The notes under the pieces were generated by a model. It saw nothing but the letters and a program-made list of their open reading frames with translations, was not told the origin of the DNA and ran no database searches. This document shows positions 28,107 to 44,786 of a stretch of DNA of 64,000 bases, piece after piece (the stretch's first letter is position 1; each line of letters starts with the position of its first letter). The translations under genes and the position numbers were made by a program. Source of the DNA: Eledone cirrhosa (lineage: Eukaryota); the NCBI GenBank assembly GCA_964016885.1, contig CAXHJY010001754.1, positions 1-64,000 on the forward strand, in the 5' to 3' direction.

Positions 28107-28157
<51 letters not shown>

Positions 28158-28209
28158 TATGATATAAAATAATATAATATAGATATATATGTATATATAT
28201 AATATTATA

Positions 28210-28249
<40 letters not shown>

Positions 28250-28307
28250 TATGATATAAAATAATATAATATATATATATATGTATATATATAATATTAT
28301 ATTATAT

Positions 28308-28343
<36 letters not shown>

Positions 28344-28351
28344 TTATATAT

Positions 28352-28384
<33 letters not shown>

Positions 28385-28959
28385 ATATAATATAATATAA
28401 TATTAATATTATATATATATGTAAATAAATATATATATATATATAATATATATATTTCATATATATATATATTTATATTTATATATATATATATGGAGGG
28501 AGAGAGAGATAACATATGCATGTATATATATATATATATATATATATATGTCTATAGCATGAATTTCCAAATCATTACTCAGAGTACTGACCCCTAAGTT
28601 CAAGAATTAACGTTTATATCATTAGTTAGCAAACGTTGTCTTTTCTTTATTTTTCAGATTTATTCTTTATTTCTTGTAGCTGAAACCATTCTTTTCTTCT
28701 TTTTTCCAATAATTTCTCTTAAAATTTTATTTTCTCTATTTTTTATGACACTTCATCATTAAGAAAGCATCTTAATGAGTTAACAATATCTTGTTTGTTA
28801 ACTCATTAGCAAAGCAGGAGAATGATAAATGAAGCAGATTTGCATAGTAATAAATGGGATGAGACACGTTTTTCATTTCATCCAAAATTTCATACAACTT
28901 CAATTTGATGAATAATATTTTATCCGTCATATAATATAACATAATGGGTTATGATTTAT

Positions 28960-29620
28960 GCTCAAGGCCAATAAATTTGGAGGTCGGTAAGAGGAGAAAG
29001 TCGATTAAATCAACCCCAGTATGTTACTGGTACTTTATTTTATCGACTCTGTAAAAATGAAAGGCAAAGCTAACCTCGGTGGGATTTGACAATAATATCA
29101 TTGTAATCAGAGCTGGTAAGCAGAAGGTCTTCAGAGAAGAAACTCCGCAACTCCTCTTGCGAGTGTTTCGGCCCACATTATCATCTTAACAAATAATTGT
29201 TTCTACTTTTGGCACAAGGCCAGCAATTACCCAGTGCATTACTGGTACTTTATTTTATCGACCCGGTAGGGATGAAAGGCAAAGTTAACAAATAATGATT
29301 TCTACTATAGGCACAAGGCCAAAACATTTGGGAGGAGAGGAGGAAGTCTACCCCAGTGCATTACTGGTACTTTATTTTATCGACCCCGTAAAGATAAAAG
29401 GCAAAGCTAACCTCAACAGGATTTGGTTTCTGATTTAAGCACATGGTCAACAATTTGGGGGGGGGAGGAGAAAGACGATTAAATCGACTCCAGTGTGTTA
29501 CTGGTACTTTATTTTATCGACTTCGTAAGGATGAAAAGACAAAGCAAACCTTGACGAGATTTGAACTCAGAACGTGAAAGAACCTAACTATATGCTGCAA
29601 AGCATGTTTTCCGACGCTTT
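28960..29620 (-). mobile_element. Cluster of four partial SINE copies
   Basis: ACTGGTACTTTATTTTATCGAC recurs at about 29026, 29241, 29363 and 29500. Confidence 0.85.
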
Positions 29621-29707
29621 ACATATATACCGGCAAACATACACACATACATATGTGTGTGTATATGTATATGTGAGAGAGGGGAGAGAGTGAGAGAGAG
29701 AGAGAGG

Positions 29708-29802
<95 letters not shown>

Positions 29803-30919
29803 AACCCTTATCCTACTCTAGGAATTCTTTATATCTTTCACCTAAGGAAAATTTATATTCTCTCTCTGTTTGTTTGTTTTTTTTTGTTTATGTTTTTTTT
29901 TTTGTCTTGTATTTTTGTTTTTATTTTACTTCTTACATTTTCCGGTTTCATTATTTCATTCTTTATCTTTCATAAATATGATAAAAATACCCCAGTATGG
30001 CCACATCCAACAGGACAACCACTGAACTACTGTACAAGAATTTCAGAACACAAGCATATACATTGCATTTTATTAAGGAAAGGGGGTTATTTTCCACAGA
30101 AATTCTAGAAGAATTAATGTATTTTCGCACTAATAATGATTCCTTCATTCAGATAATAATAAATAACAAATAAAATATATTAAATATATTAAAATAAGAC
30201 AAAAACAAACAAATATAGAATGTCATCTTAATGGCGTCTTTCATAAGTGTAATGGTTAATATCTAAGCTCTCTCGTCGTTGACTCCTTTTTGACTTTACA
30301 TTATTTGGTATAGAACGTTTGAAATTCGAAGATGGAACCTAAGAAGAAATGAAATAAGCCGCTTAATGAAAGGCGGATATTGTTAATAATGGCTAGCACT
30401 TCCTCCTACTACTACTCTTCACCTCTCTCCTCACCTCTCTCCTCCTACTCCTTTCTCATGAGATTTCTTTGATCGGATTATTTAGATAGAGAGATTTTCA
30501 AACTACGTGGTACTATAGAACATGTTTTGCTGGCGACATCACGTCACATCAGCGAGAGTTTAACGGCGAGACTCTACAAGAGATATCGAGGAAGAGAGAG
30601 AAAACTTAAGAGACAAAAGTTGAACTGAATGTGAGAGTGTGAAAGTGAGAGGGGGTTGGAGGTAGAGAGGGAGAGAGTGTGTGTGTGTGTGTGAATGAGA
30701 GAGAGAAAAGGAGAGAAGAGAAAGAGAGAGAGTGAATGAGAGAGAGAGAGTCTGTGAATGGGAGATAAATAGCGTGAATGAGAGAGAGAATGAGAGAGAA
30801 GACGAGAGAGAAGAGAAAGAGAGAGTGAATGAGAGAGACAGTGTCTGTGAATGAAAGAGAGGGGTAGTGTGAATGGGAGAGAGAAAGAAAGAGATGAGAA
30901 AGAAGAGAAAGAAAGAGTG

Positions 30920-30987
<68 letters not shown>

Positions 30988-31186
30988 AGAAATGGAGAAG
31001 GGGAGTGAGGAGAAGGAGTAGAGAGAGAGGGGAGAGTGGGGGAAGTGAGATAGAGAGAGAGAAGGAGAGGGGTGGAGAGAAAGAGAGACAGATAGAGGAG
31101 AGAGAAGAGGAAACAGATGGGGAGAGAGAGGAAGTGAGAGATAGAGGAAAGAGATGGGGAGGGAGAGGAAGTCAGAGAGAGAGGGG

Positions 31187-31231
<45 letters not shown>

Positions 31232-31334
31232 TATTTCTTTATTTACCATAAAGGCATAAAAAGAAGGGACAAATACAAAGGGGGAGTTTACATACAATCG
31301 AGTAAAAAGGGATAGATAGATAGATAGATAGATT

Positions 31335-31454
<120 letters not shown>

Positions 31455-31799
31455 CCTTTCACTGTAGCAAATCATTATATGTTAACAACAGGAAACTGTT
31501 GTCATTTCTTCGCCAAAGTGATGACCCATTTTCATCAGGTTCTGAATGTAGCTAATTGTTAAAGTATTTTCAAGGATTAAAGCGGCCGAAATGAAAGCCT
31601 GCTGTGAGCAGACAGCATAGTGTGACGTCAGATAACATGTTTACATGATTTAAAGCTGATCTCAACGAAGTACACATCATGTTGCACGCTCGGAGTTGTA
31701 ATCATTTAATGAACACAACCCACCTACGTACACACTAACCAAACACGTCACTAACAAATACACACTTTCACACACATAGAGATAAATATATATAGCTAG

Positions 31800-31930
<131 letters not shown>

Positions 31931-32042
31931 TTATATGTGTTATAGTTTCATATTTAGATACATGCACAGATATATCTGTATACCTATTTATCAAACTATA
32001 TATCTGTGTGAATACACAAAACACCCACGCATACACACACAG

Positions 32043-32161
<119 letters not shown>

Positions 32162-33287
32162 GCAATATTAACACCAAATACAAAAAAACCACGGTCATCA
32201 GCTGACGAAATGAACGTACACAGTTTCAACACCTACCGACGGTAAAGCTGGTCTACTCTGGTCTACTCTGGTCTACCCTCGTCTACTCTGGTCCACCCTG
32301 TTCCACCCTGTTCCACTCTGATTTATGGAATTGACCCAAACACTTTCCCTGAGTATTTTACAAGTGAAAAACGAAACAGTATTTACGAAAAATTAGATAT
32401 TAGATATACAACATTTATGGCCAACAATTCGAGACGAAGAAGGTCAGTTAGAGGTATGGGGACAAATAGAAACACAGAGCCATAACTGTTTGAGTGGATG
32501 AGAAACCGTAAAGAATGATAGGACTCTCCCCTGCACCGCCACCATCAACCCTATCACTACCAACAGCCCTACCCCCATCAGATTCATCTCCAATCCCATC
32601 ACGACCACCACCACCATCATCAGCCCCCATCATGACGACCACCACCACTATCACCACCACCACCACCACCACCACCATCACCATCACCACCCTTACAACC
32701 ATCATCACCACCACCACTACCATCACCAACACCACCATCATCACCATCACCATCACTACCACCTCCTTCATACACCACAACGGTTAACGATATCCCCTAA
32801 CTAGTCGGTATAGCAATGGGGTTTTCATGGTAGGCGGGAACATGTCACACGTGTAGAGACTTCAAGTCGCCATCTTGTCCACTAAATCTTTCTAATCATT
32901 CATGTTGAATTTTCCTCTTGTTTCTTGTTTCTTGTTTCTTGTTCATTTTATTGTTGTCGTTTTGTTTGCTTCTTTTTCTATGTTTGTTAATTTCTGATCT
33001 TAGTAAACACTATCATATACATAATAACATACAAACATACATATTATACATAACATACAAACATACACACATAAGATACAAACATACACACATAAACATA
33101 CACAGTGTAGGTACTTAAAAAACACACCCAAAACAGCGAAATCTCACAAACTATAAACAGTAGATTTATTAATTCCTCTTTAGAACGTTTCATCTCCATT
33201 TCTATCTCATGTTTATTGATGTTGTTGTAAAAATATTGAAATATTGATGTAAAGATATAATAAAATATAATTTTCTTATACGTTTTC

Positions 33288-33510
33288 TTATATTTGGGGA
33301 GGGTCATGTTATCCTAACATTGCCAGAATAATACAGTAAAACACACTCACTGTTTGGGTTGGTTTTCGCTTCAGTATATTTTTACATTTCTATAAATAAT
33401 TTAACTGGCAATCAATGTTTACCATTGACTGACCAACAATTAAAAATATAAATATAGTTTTTCAATATTTCTGGCAATATTAAGACAACATGACCCTCCA
33501 CAAATATAAC
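33288..33510. repeat. Diverged inverted repeat (arms of about 40 bp) of a dispersed element
   Basis: TTATATTTGGGGAGGGTCATGTTATCCTAACATTGCCAGAA versus TTCTGGCAATATTAAGACAACATGACCCTCCACAAATATAA. A third arm copy lies at about 34190-34232. Confidence 0.7.
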
Positions 33511-34254
33511 AATATATTTATAGAAATTTCGTATTTCTAAAGAAATACGGTAAACATACTGTATTTCTTTAAAAATATGAAATTTATATACATATCTGTA
33601 TACAGCTATGCTTGAAGCTAAATCCTATTTCTATAACAATATATGTTTCAATACACGAATCCATATCAAAAACTTTACAAAACAAATACAACGTTGCTGA
33701 TATGGTTTCATTTTAGTTAAAAGGCATTGCAATGCTTTGTCATCTTGACAAAGTCACCATTGTATGATATTTCAACTTTCAGGTTCGATAAATTCCCCTC
33801 CCTTGCCTGTGTTGTCATTTCTGGTGCTACACCTGAATACTGGAGTTTCCATCCAAATCTACAGTACCAGAGCCACGGGACTTTGTTATTGAGGAAACAA
33901 CGACTAGATCTAACTGGTAACATTTTGACTCTTCCACAAGTTCTTCCTCCTTACCTATAAGGGCTCTGGCGTTCCGGGTTCCAATTGTTACGGTTTGATC
34001 CCTCTCAAACCCTCCTTGGGGATCTCGGGGTACGCAATATAATAATTACCATGCAACAGGTTGATCGATATATTTAACTGATTCTTATGTCTAAACTTTG
34101 TGATCTGAAGTCTAAGAAACCAATACGATTTGGTGCTTGTTTTAAAAGCACAAAGTAATTATATATATGTGAGTGTGTTCTGTTATTATTTCTGGCAATA
34201 TTACAACAATATGACCGTCCCCAAGTATAACAATATATATATATATATATATAT

Positions 34255-34499
34255 ATAGGAACCAGTAGGACCCCGACAGCTGAGCTCAAGCCGTTTCGAC
34301 GGCTAATTCTGGACTGAAAAAAAAAAAAAAAAAAAATCATTTTTTTTTTTTTTTTTTTTTTTAGTCCAGAATTAGCCGTCGAAACGGCTTGAGCTCAGCT
34401 GTCGAGGTCCTACTGGTTCCTATTACCCACTCTACTACCTCAAGTATTGAGTACTTTGGTGCGTTATGGTCCACCTGGTTCCTTACCACATTTCCTTCG

Positions 34500-34500
<1 letters not shown>
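34255..34500 (+). mobile_element. Fold-back family A insert with an A20-TCA-T23 centre
   Basis: Arms span 34255-34423 around homopolymer runs. GAAA-CGGCT...AGCT-GTC lies at 34381-34403, the tail is near-identical to the 60023 copy, and (TA)n lies on both sides. Confidence 0.85.
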
Positions 34501-35082
<582 letters not shown>

Positions 35083-35468
35083 CATACATACATACATGTA
35101 TATGTTATACATACATATACATATATACATATATACATATATACATATATGTGTTTCTCTCCCTCTCTATATATATATATATACATATATATGTTTCTAT
35201 ATATATACATATATACATATATATGTTTATATGTTTATACTAAATACATGCACACACACATGCACACACAAACACACACATATATTAATATGTGTGTGTA
35301 TGTGTATGTGTGTGCATTTAATTAAAATCCTAACTAAAGTCCTACGTAACAAGATTCAGGGAAAGTGTGAATAACAAAACAACAGGAAGAGGAGAGAGAG
35401 AGAGATGGGAAGAGAGAGACAGAGAGAATGTGTGAGAGAGACCGATAGCGAATTCGATAGAAAGGGAA

Positions 35469-35550
<82 letters not shown>

Positions 35551-35855
35551 GGAGAGAGTAAGAGTGTTATAGTAGAAACGAAAAGAAAATAACTTGTTTT
35601 TTGTAAACTCTGGAATGATTGACATAAAGTCATAAAATTAGAAGGAATAAAAATCTCATCGTGAGGTGAGGAAAGGTTAAGTAAATTAAATTCTACGTAA
35701 TTAGGAATATACACCACATTATATACACTCATACATATACATACATATATGTATATGTATATGTATATGTAAATATATATGTATATGTATATATGTATGT
35801 ATATATATAAACAATGAGTTATATCGTTTGTTGATTAGATTATTCAACAGAGTTA

Positions 35856-35907
<52 letters not shown>

Positions 35908-35980
35908 GTATATATATAAATATATACATACATATATACATATACGCACACATATATATATACATGTATATATATATTTG

Positions 35981-36058
<78 letters not shown>

Positions 36059-36082
36059 TATATATATATATATATTTGTATA

Positions 36083-36184
<102 letters not shown>

Positions 36185-36224
36185 CACATATATATATATG
36201 TATATATATATTTGTATATATATG

Positions 36225-36340
<116 letters not shown>

Positions 36341-36399
36341 TATAATAGTAATACACTGGAGGGTTATATACTACTTATATATATATATATATATATATA

Positions 36400-36813
36400 T
36401 ACAGATGGGAGAGATGACCCCTTAGCCTTTGTCAACGCAGAATTCTAGGAGAAGGAAAACTCTGATATAACACCTGCAACTCTGATGGTATCCAATGTTG
36501 TTGACTTGTTCTTCTTTTTGGTAAATATCATGTTGGTTAAGAGAGTGGGACTGGCTTTGTGCAGTGACTTTGCTCACTATAAAAGCTTCACGGCACAGGC
36601 ATTGCTTTATATCTGGAGATCTCTCTGCACTTGTCGTCACATGGTACCATGGGCCCAGCACTATGTGTCAATAATTGTCACAAGTGTAGTGTTTGTACCA
36701 GACTTTTCAAGTCGCTGGCTGGACTAAAAAGTCACACTCGTTCAGCGCATCGGTAGGGGTTCTCCTACATGGATATAAAGTAGTGGCCGTACTCGAAAAC
36801 GAGTTGGCAGCCA

Positions 36814-36816
<3 letters not shown>
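36400..36816 (+). mobile_element. RTE/BovB-like LINE remnant ending in a C2H2 finger
   Basis: 36676-36756 translates CHKCSVCTRLFKSLAGLKSHTRSAHR* (C-x2-C-x12-H-x4-H). A short 3' UTR with a hairpin (CTCG-AAAA-CGAG) runs into (TA)n. Confidence 0.6.
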
Positions 36817-36857
<41 letters not shown>

Positions 36858-37816
36858 GCTTTTTTATATTCTTTTGATTTTCTCCTCTTCTGAAGTTCTA
36901 ACATTTCTTCTCTCTGTCGGTTTCTTCTTCTTCTCTTTTATATTCTTACTTTTCTCTCCCTACAATCCAATTATTTTATTTTTCCTTCGAATCTTCAATT
37001 CCTATTTTCATTAACCATTAAATCTTCTTCTTCTTCTTCTTCTTCTTCTTCTTCTTCTTCTTCTTCTTCTTCTTCTTCTTCTTCTTCTTCTTCTTCTTCT
37101 TCTTCTTCTTCTTCTTCTTCTTCTTCTTTACCACATTTACTCCTCTCTTTACCACACTTACATTCTCCACCTTCATTTTCTTCTACATTTTCATTTTATT
37201 ATTTTTGGCATTTCACAGCAACTTTTTCTTCTTTTCCTCCTTCTTCTTAGTCTCACCCCTCCCTCCCCTATAATCCCCCCTACCCTATCTCCTCCCTATT
37301 TCTATTACATAGCTAGACATTTTTTCCTTATATTTTTTTTCCTTCCTACAACATTTATGTCCCTTGGACATTTTTTTACATTTTCTCTATTTTTCCATTT
37401 AACCTAGCATATACGCCGTCCTATCCTGTTTTATTTGTCTACGAGTTTCTTTTTACTTCTTAACGTCCTTCATTCACCTAATTTCATGTTTTGTATATAT
37501 TTTGTTTAAGTTCAATTAGGAAGAAAATATATTAAGAAATGTCTACTCTATCTAATTCTTGTTTCATTCGTATATTTTTGTGATTTAATTATTTGTTTGT
37601 TTTGAAATAGAAAAAAAAGAAACAACCTCTTAACTTTTGTTTTTCGGCATTATTGTATTTTATTGTATTTTATTTTATTTTATTTTAAATATTATGGTTC
37701 TGTTCTGATATATTTAACCTCCCCCATCACCATCTCCCCCCATCTTCATCTCCTCCCCACTATCACCAACAGCAACAACACCAACACCACAGCTGTCATG
37801 TACATATGTATGTATG

Positions 37817-37848
<32 letters not shown>

Positions 37849-37905
37849 TAATATATATATATATACGTATATATATGTATGTGTGTGTATATATATATAT
37901 ATATG

Positions 37906-37946
<41 letters not shown>

Positions 37947-38008
37947 TATATATATACGTATATATATGTATGTGCGTGTATATATATATATATATATGTA
38001 TATATATT

Positions 38009-38172
<164 letters not shown>

Positions 38173-38759
38173 CACAATCATTTACTTACTTGCTATTCCG
38201 TTTCCATTTTATATTTTATACATCATTTTAATGTTGCTCGGTGTTACATGTAGTAGGGTGTTAGATGTATAATATATATATATATAAGGTAATTGTATAT
38301 ATATAATATATATATACAATTGCCTTACGGCTGATTACTGCTTCGATAGAGCGAAGTCAACAAATATCCCTGGGGAGTTCCAGAAATCAATTAAACTTGG
38401 AGTTTGGGTTGAAGCCCGAGTGGTGTCAAAGAAATTCACTTTTTCTCTTTGGTTATTTTCTGTTATTGTTGTTGTTGTTCTTCTGTTTATTTTGTGGTGT
38501 TTTTTTTTGTGTGTGTGTGTGTTTTTTTTTGTGGGGTTGGTGTTTTTTTGTTGGAGGCATTTCTTCCATGTTGGTGTTTTTTTATCTTCTTGTTGTTGCT
38601 TATCTACTTCTTAAAATTCTTATATTATATTATATTATATTATATTATATTATATTATATTATATTATATTATATTATATTATATTATATTTTATTATAT
38701 TATATTTTATTATATTATATTATATTATATTATATTATATTATATTATATTATATTATA

Positions 38760-38832
38760 CGGGGTCGATAAAATAAAGTACCAGTAATGCACTGGTTAAT
38801 TGATGGCCTTGTGCCAAAAGTAGAAACAATTA
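38760..38832 (+). mobile_element. SINE 3' fragment inside an (ATTAT)n tract
   Basis: CGGGGTCGATAAAATAAAGTACCAG...TAGAAACAATTA. Confidence 0.85.
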
Positions 38833-38946
38833 TATTATATTGTATTATATTATATTGTGATGTTATGTTATGTTATACTACGTTATGTTTCTCTGTATAT
38901 ATATATATACATACATATGTATATATATATATACACATATATATAA

Positions 38947-38991
<45 letters not shown>

Positions 38992-39681
38992 TAGGTTTGA
39001 AAAATACAATGAATGACGTTTTGGTTATTTTGAAAGTTTTTGTATTAATGTGCCAAGTAATTTATTTGATGATTATATATTTTTGTTTACTGTGTGTGTG
39101 TGTGTGTGGTTGTGTGTGTGTGTGTGGGGGGGGTGCGTGCGCGCATGTGTGTGTGTGTGAGAAAGAGAGAGACACTCTGTGTGTGTGTGTATATATGTAC
39201 GTATGTATGTATATGCAAATATATACATATAGAGAGATAAAAATTAGCTTGGTCCCTCCCCACACTAAAATACATTGTCATATTTGATATTTGAAGGGCT
39301 CAGAGTTATAATTATACCAGTTGTAAATGTTATACCCTTGAGACAAATAAATTATTTTTATGTTTGCTGGGTTTTTTTCCTCATTTTTCTCTACTAAAAC
39401 TCTTGCAATATTTAATCACCCGTTAGCTACTGTTCAATAACTGATATGATATTTTTTTTAGTTTTACTATCATTACTTATTTTCACTGATATTATTTTTC
39501 CACATTCGCACAAAGTAACACATTTGATGTAACTAGATAGAAAAGATTACATTGACCTCAATAAACGTGTTGTTGTTATATTATTGACATGGTGTGACCT
39601 CTGGGGTAGATGGTGTCGAAAAACCAAATAGTGTCAGACATTTTATATAGCTCTGAGTTACCATTCCTGCCAGAAATATTA

Positions 39682-39906
39682 ATAATTGTTTCTACTCTTG
39701 GCGCAGGGCCAGCAATTTGAATGCAAGGGGGGGGGGGCAATTAAATCGATCTCAGTGTATTACTGGTACTTTATTTTATCGACTCCGTAAGGATGAAAAG
39801 CGAAGCTTAGCTTGGCGAGATTTGAACTCAGATAGCAGGGAGTCGGACCGATTACCACAAACCACTCTATCCGATGCTCTAACGACCCAAGCCAATTCGC
39901 CGCCTT
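39682..39906 (-). mobile_element. Older full-length SINE
   Basis: Reverse-complement tail, core and B box (GATTTGAAC). Confidence 0.8.
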
Positions 39907-40016
39907 CCAATGGGTCTTACAGAGAAGAGATTTTGAGAGGTCATGCATGCTGTTGCAGTAATTGTATCCTTGTAATTACGTTGCAGAGTTTCTACTTCTA
40001 TAATTGTCACAATGAT

Positions 40017-41512
40017 GAAATATTTATGTTGAGATATATATATATACGAGGAGGAAATATTTATGTTGAGATATATATATACAAGGAGGAAATATTTATG
40101 TTGAGATATATATATATACAAGGAGGAAATATTTATGTTGAGATATATATATACAAGGAGGAAATATTTATGTTGAGATATATATATACAAAGAGGAAAT
40201 ATTTATGTTGAGATATATATATATACAAAGAGGAAATATTTATGTTGAGATATATATATACAAGGAGGAAATATTTATGTTGAGATATATATATACAAAG
40301 AGGAAATATTTATGTTGAGATATATATATACGAGGAGGAAATATTTATGTTGAGATATATATACAAGGAGGAAATATTTATGTTGAGATATATATATACA
40401 AGGAGGAAATATTTATGTTGAGATATATATATACGAGAAGGAAATATTTATGTTGAGATATATATATACAAGGAGGAAATATTTATGTTGAGATATATAT
40501 ATATACAAGGAGGAAATATTTATGTTGAGATATATATATATACAAGGAGGAAATATTTATGTTGAGATATATATATACAAGGAGGAAATATTTATGTTGA
40601 GATATATATATATACAAAGAGGAAATATTTATGTTGAGATATATATATACAAGGAGGAAATATTTATGTTGAGATATATATATACGAGAAGGAAATATTT
40701 ATGTTGAGATATATATATATACAAGGAGGAAATATTTATGTTGAGATATATATATACAAGGAGGAAATATTTATGTTGAGATATATATATACGAGAAGGA
40801 AATATTTATGTTGAGATATATATATATACAAGGAGGAAATATTTATGTTGAGATATATATATACAAAGAGGAAATATTTATGTTGAGATATATATATATA
40901 CGAGGAGGAAATATTTATGTTGAGATATATATATACAAGGAGGAAATATTTATGTTGAGATATATATATATACAAAGAGGAAATATTTATGTTGAGATAT
41001 ATATATACAAGGAGGAAATATTTATGTTGAGATATATATATATACAAAGAGGAAATATTTATGTTGAGATATATATATACAAGGAGGAAATATTTATGTT
41101 GAGATATATATATACGAGAAGGAAATATTTATGTTGAGATATATATATATACAAGGAGGAAATATTTATGTTGAGATATATATATATAAGGAGGAAATAT
41201 TTATGTTGAGATATATATATACGAGAAGGAAATATTTATGTTGAGATATATATATATACAAGGAGGAAATATTTATGTTGAGATATATATATACAAGGAG
41301 GAAATATTTATGTTGAGATATATATATACGAGGAGGAAATATTTATGTTGAGATATATATATACAAGGAGGAAATATTTATGTTGAGATATATATATATA
41401 CAAGGAGGAAATATTTATGTTGAGATATATATATATACAAGGAGGAAATATTTATGTTGAGATATATATATACAAGGAGGAAATATTTATGTTGAGATAT
41501 ATATATATACAA
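40017..41512. repeat. 34-38-bp minisatellite, about 40 units
   Basis: Unit GGAAATATTTATGTTGAG-(AT)n-AC[AAGGA/AAAGA/GAGGA/GAGAA]. Confidence 0.95.
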
Positions 41513-41958
41513 AGATTGGATATATAAAGGCTTACATTATTCATATTAAAGACATTACGATATTTATGTCTAGAAGGAAATGTATATATATTTTTTATCA
41601 TTGATAGAAGATATTTAAGTATACTGGCCACTTCATTCATACTATAAGAAGTGTTGAACCAGATGATGTGCGTCTTTCCTGCGGGGTTTGTCCTAGTTTC
41701 TTAATGAAGTAGCAAAAACAATAAAAGGTACATTAGCTGGGTTATCCCCACCCTAACCATTATAGTATCAATGTAGTATCCAATATAACTAGACATTTCT
41801 TGTCAATGATAAAAAATATACTTCTAGCGGCCATAAATTTTATAAGCCATTTTTTTTCGTTTCTTTTCCTTTCTTTGCTTATATTTCTGATTGAGTGAAT
41901 CATAAGCTTCGAAAGGCCGAATGAATTTTACTGCATATATTGAATATTACTTCTCCAC

Positions 41959-41996
<38 letters not shown>

Positions 41997-41997
41997 C

Positions 41998-42029
<32 letters not shown>

Positions 42030-42313
42030 GATATATCATATATATATATATATATATGATATATATATATATTGGCATGAGATACAGATATGCAAAATGC
42101 ATGGATAAGTGTATATAGAATAAGTGTAGATCGAACTATGTTAGAAGCTCATTAGCTGCTTGAATTCTCCAGAGTATTGACGACGGAACTGAGATTCGAT
42201 TTCCTTCCAACATCTTTTTATTCCAGCGATATATTTTTTACCATTTTTTTTCTGTTTTGCATACATCTTTGCTAAGTCTCCGTATGTTAAATTGAGGTAT
42301 ATATATATATGTG

Positions 42314-42372
<59 letters not shown>

Positions 42373-42516
42373 GTATATATATATATATATATATATTTAT
42401 CTACATACAGTTTGCCCTACAAAATGTATACACACTTCAACAGCATTCTAATAAATATGTGTATACATATTTGAGTCATGTATATATATAGGGATATTTG
42501 GGCATGTATATATATA

Positions 42517-42614
<98 letters not shown>

Positions 42615-42690
42615 TACATCAAATTTTGTACATACGTTCATGCATATATTCATGCATAAGTTCAGAAGAATATATATATATATATAATAT

Positions 42691-42729
<39 letters not shown>

Positions 42730-42949
42730 TGAATAAGTATATACGTTCATATATACACGGCTGAGCTATGTAGCAACATATCTGCAGAGACGCCTGGAAT
42801 GTTTGGTAAACCTTTCTAAAGCTGAAGGTGTACGACTGGAAAGTTATGAGATTCTGGCATTCCATGACGAACCCCATTATGGAGAAATATATCATCATTC
42901 TTCTCCATCCATGATCATCATTTTCTAAGATTATATTCTACACCAACGA

Positions 42950-43290
42950 AGGCAGCGAATTGGTAGAATCATTAGGGCAACGGATTTTTTTTTTAAATAG
43001 TTCATTGCTTTATGTTTTTTTCAGGCTCACTTCATCCTGAGTTCAAATCCCGCCGGGGTTAACTTTGCTTTTCATCCTTACGGGGTCGATAAAATAAAGT
43101 ACCAGTAATGCACTGAGTAATTGTTGGCCTTGTGCCAAAAGTAGAAACAATTATTTGTGAAGATGATAATGTAGGCCGAAATACTCGCCTAAGGAGTTGC
43201 GGTGTTTCTTCTCGGAAGACTCTCCTGAGAGTCTCTTCTCTGAAGACCTTCTGCTGTCCTGCTCTCCTGAGAGTCTCTTACCACGCTGAT
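42950..43290 (+). mobile_element. SINE with a 3' extension
   Basis: The SINE runs to about 43155, then continues AAGATGATAATGTAGGCCGAAATACTCGC... The same extension is attached to the minus-strand copy at 29105-29290. Confidence 0.8.
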
Positions 43291-44309
43291 TTCAATGATA
43301 TATGGCTGTTATTTCTAACAGATGCTGTGACTACATAGAAGCTATCTCATTGACGCGAGATTCCTTCAATGGCTTCGATTGTGTTTTTGGTTTTTGTTAG
43401 TTTGCTCCTATCCAAATCTTCTCATATTCTCACTTTCACACATACTTTGCTCCATATATTTATTATATATTTATTATATATTTATTATATATTTATTATA
43501 TATTTATTATATATTTATATATTTATTATATATTTATTATATATTTATTATATATTTATATATTTATTATATATTTATTTAATGTCTTATTTATATATTT
43601 ATTATATATTTATTATATATTTATTATATATTTATTTAATGTCTTATTTATATATTTATTTCTATATATATTTGTTTATATATAGAAAGGATAATGAGCA
43701 GCAGGTTTCATATATATATATATATATATGTATGTATGTGTATATATATATATACACACATATATATATATACATACACTCATATATATATATATATATA
43801 TTCTACACTACACTATTCTCATTTCTCTTATCAATGATACCAGAAAAATCTAAAGAAGGAATAACAAAACAAAAAAATCTTTAAAAAATCTAAAAAAAAA
43901 AAATCTAAAAAAATATACTACACTACCAAAATATGAAAAATCATCGGATATTTGCAATTCTCGTTTTATGATCAGTAACAGACACCGACACCCTGTCAGA
44001 TTCCATGCTCTGCCTCTACACGAACGCTAATATTCATTACTGGAGATATCTAGAGAGGAGAGAAGGATCTTTTAGATTTTTGGTTATATTTTGGTTATAT
44101 TGTTACCATTTTTCTATTCCTTAATATTTTATCCTCACAAAATATTTCAAGCTAATGGTTTCCTATTTACGTCCATCTATTAGTTCGGGTTTTTTTTTTT
44201 TCATGTGTATGGTTTGGGCGTTGTTTTTCTTGGATAGGCTGGTTATAATTTTGTTTGGGTTTTTTTTTTTGTTGTTGGTTTAACCATCTGTTTTTCTTAG
44301 GGCTATTGT

Positions 44310-44368
<59 letters not shown>

Positions 44369-44464
44369 CATATATATATATGTGTGTGTGTGTGTGTCTG
44401 TATGTGTGTGTTTGTGTGTGTGTATGTAGAATGTATATATTGTATATGTATATGTGTGTAGATA

Positions 44465-44519
<55 letters not shown>

Positions 44520-44598
44520 GTGTGTGTGTGTGTGCGTGTAATAGTATATTATATATATATATATAGAAAGAGAGAGAGATTTATATATATATATATAT

Positions 44599-44642
<44 letters not shown>

Positions 44643-44671
44643 GAGAGAGAGAGAGAGGGGGAGAGAGATTG

Positions 44672-44786
<115 letters not shown>

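Noticed and set aside
31518-31660. C/D-box snoRNA (GTGATGA...CTGA)
   Set aside because: No terminal stem or recognisable guide, and the spacing is unconvincing.
36676-36756. Host C2H2 zinc-finger gene
   Set aside because: It is a single finger followed by a stop, a short hairpin UTR and (TA)n, which fits a LINE C-terminus better.
40017-41512. CRISPR-like appearance
   Set aside because: The spacers are only (AT)n variants, the context is eukaryotic, and there are no cas genes.
43925-44052. Possible minus-strand exon after a polypyrimidine tract
   Set aside because: All three frames contain stops and the donor is weak. A non-coding exon cannot be excluded.
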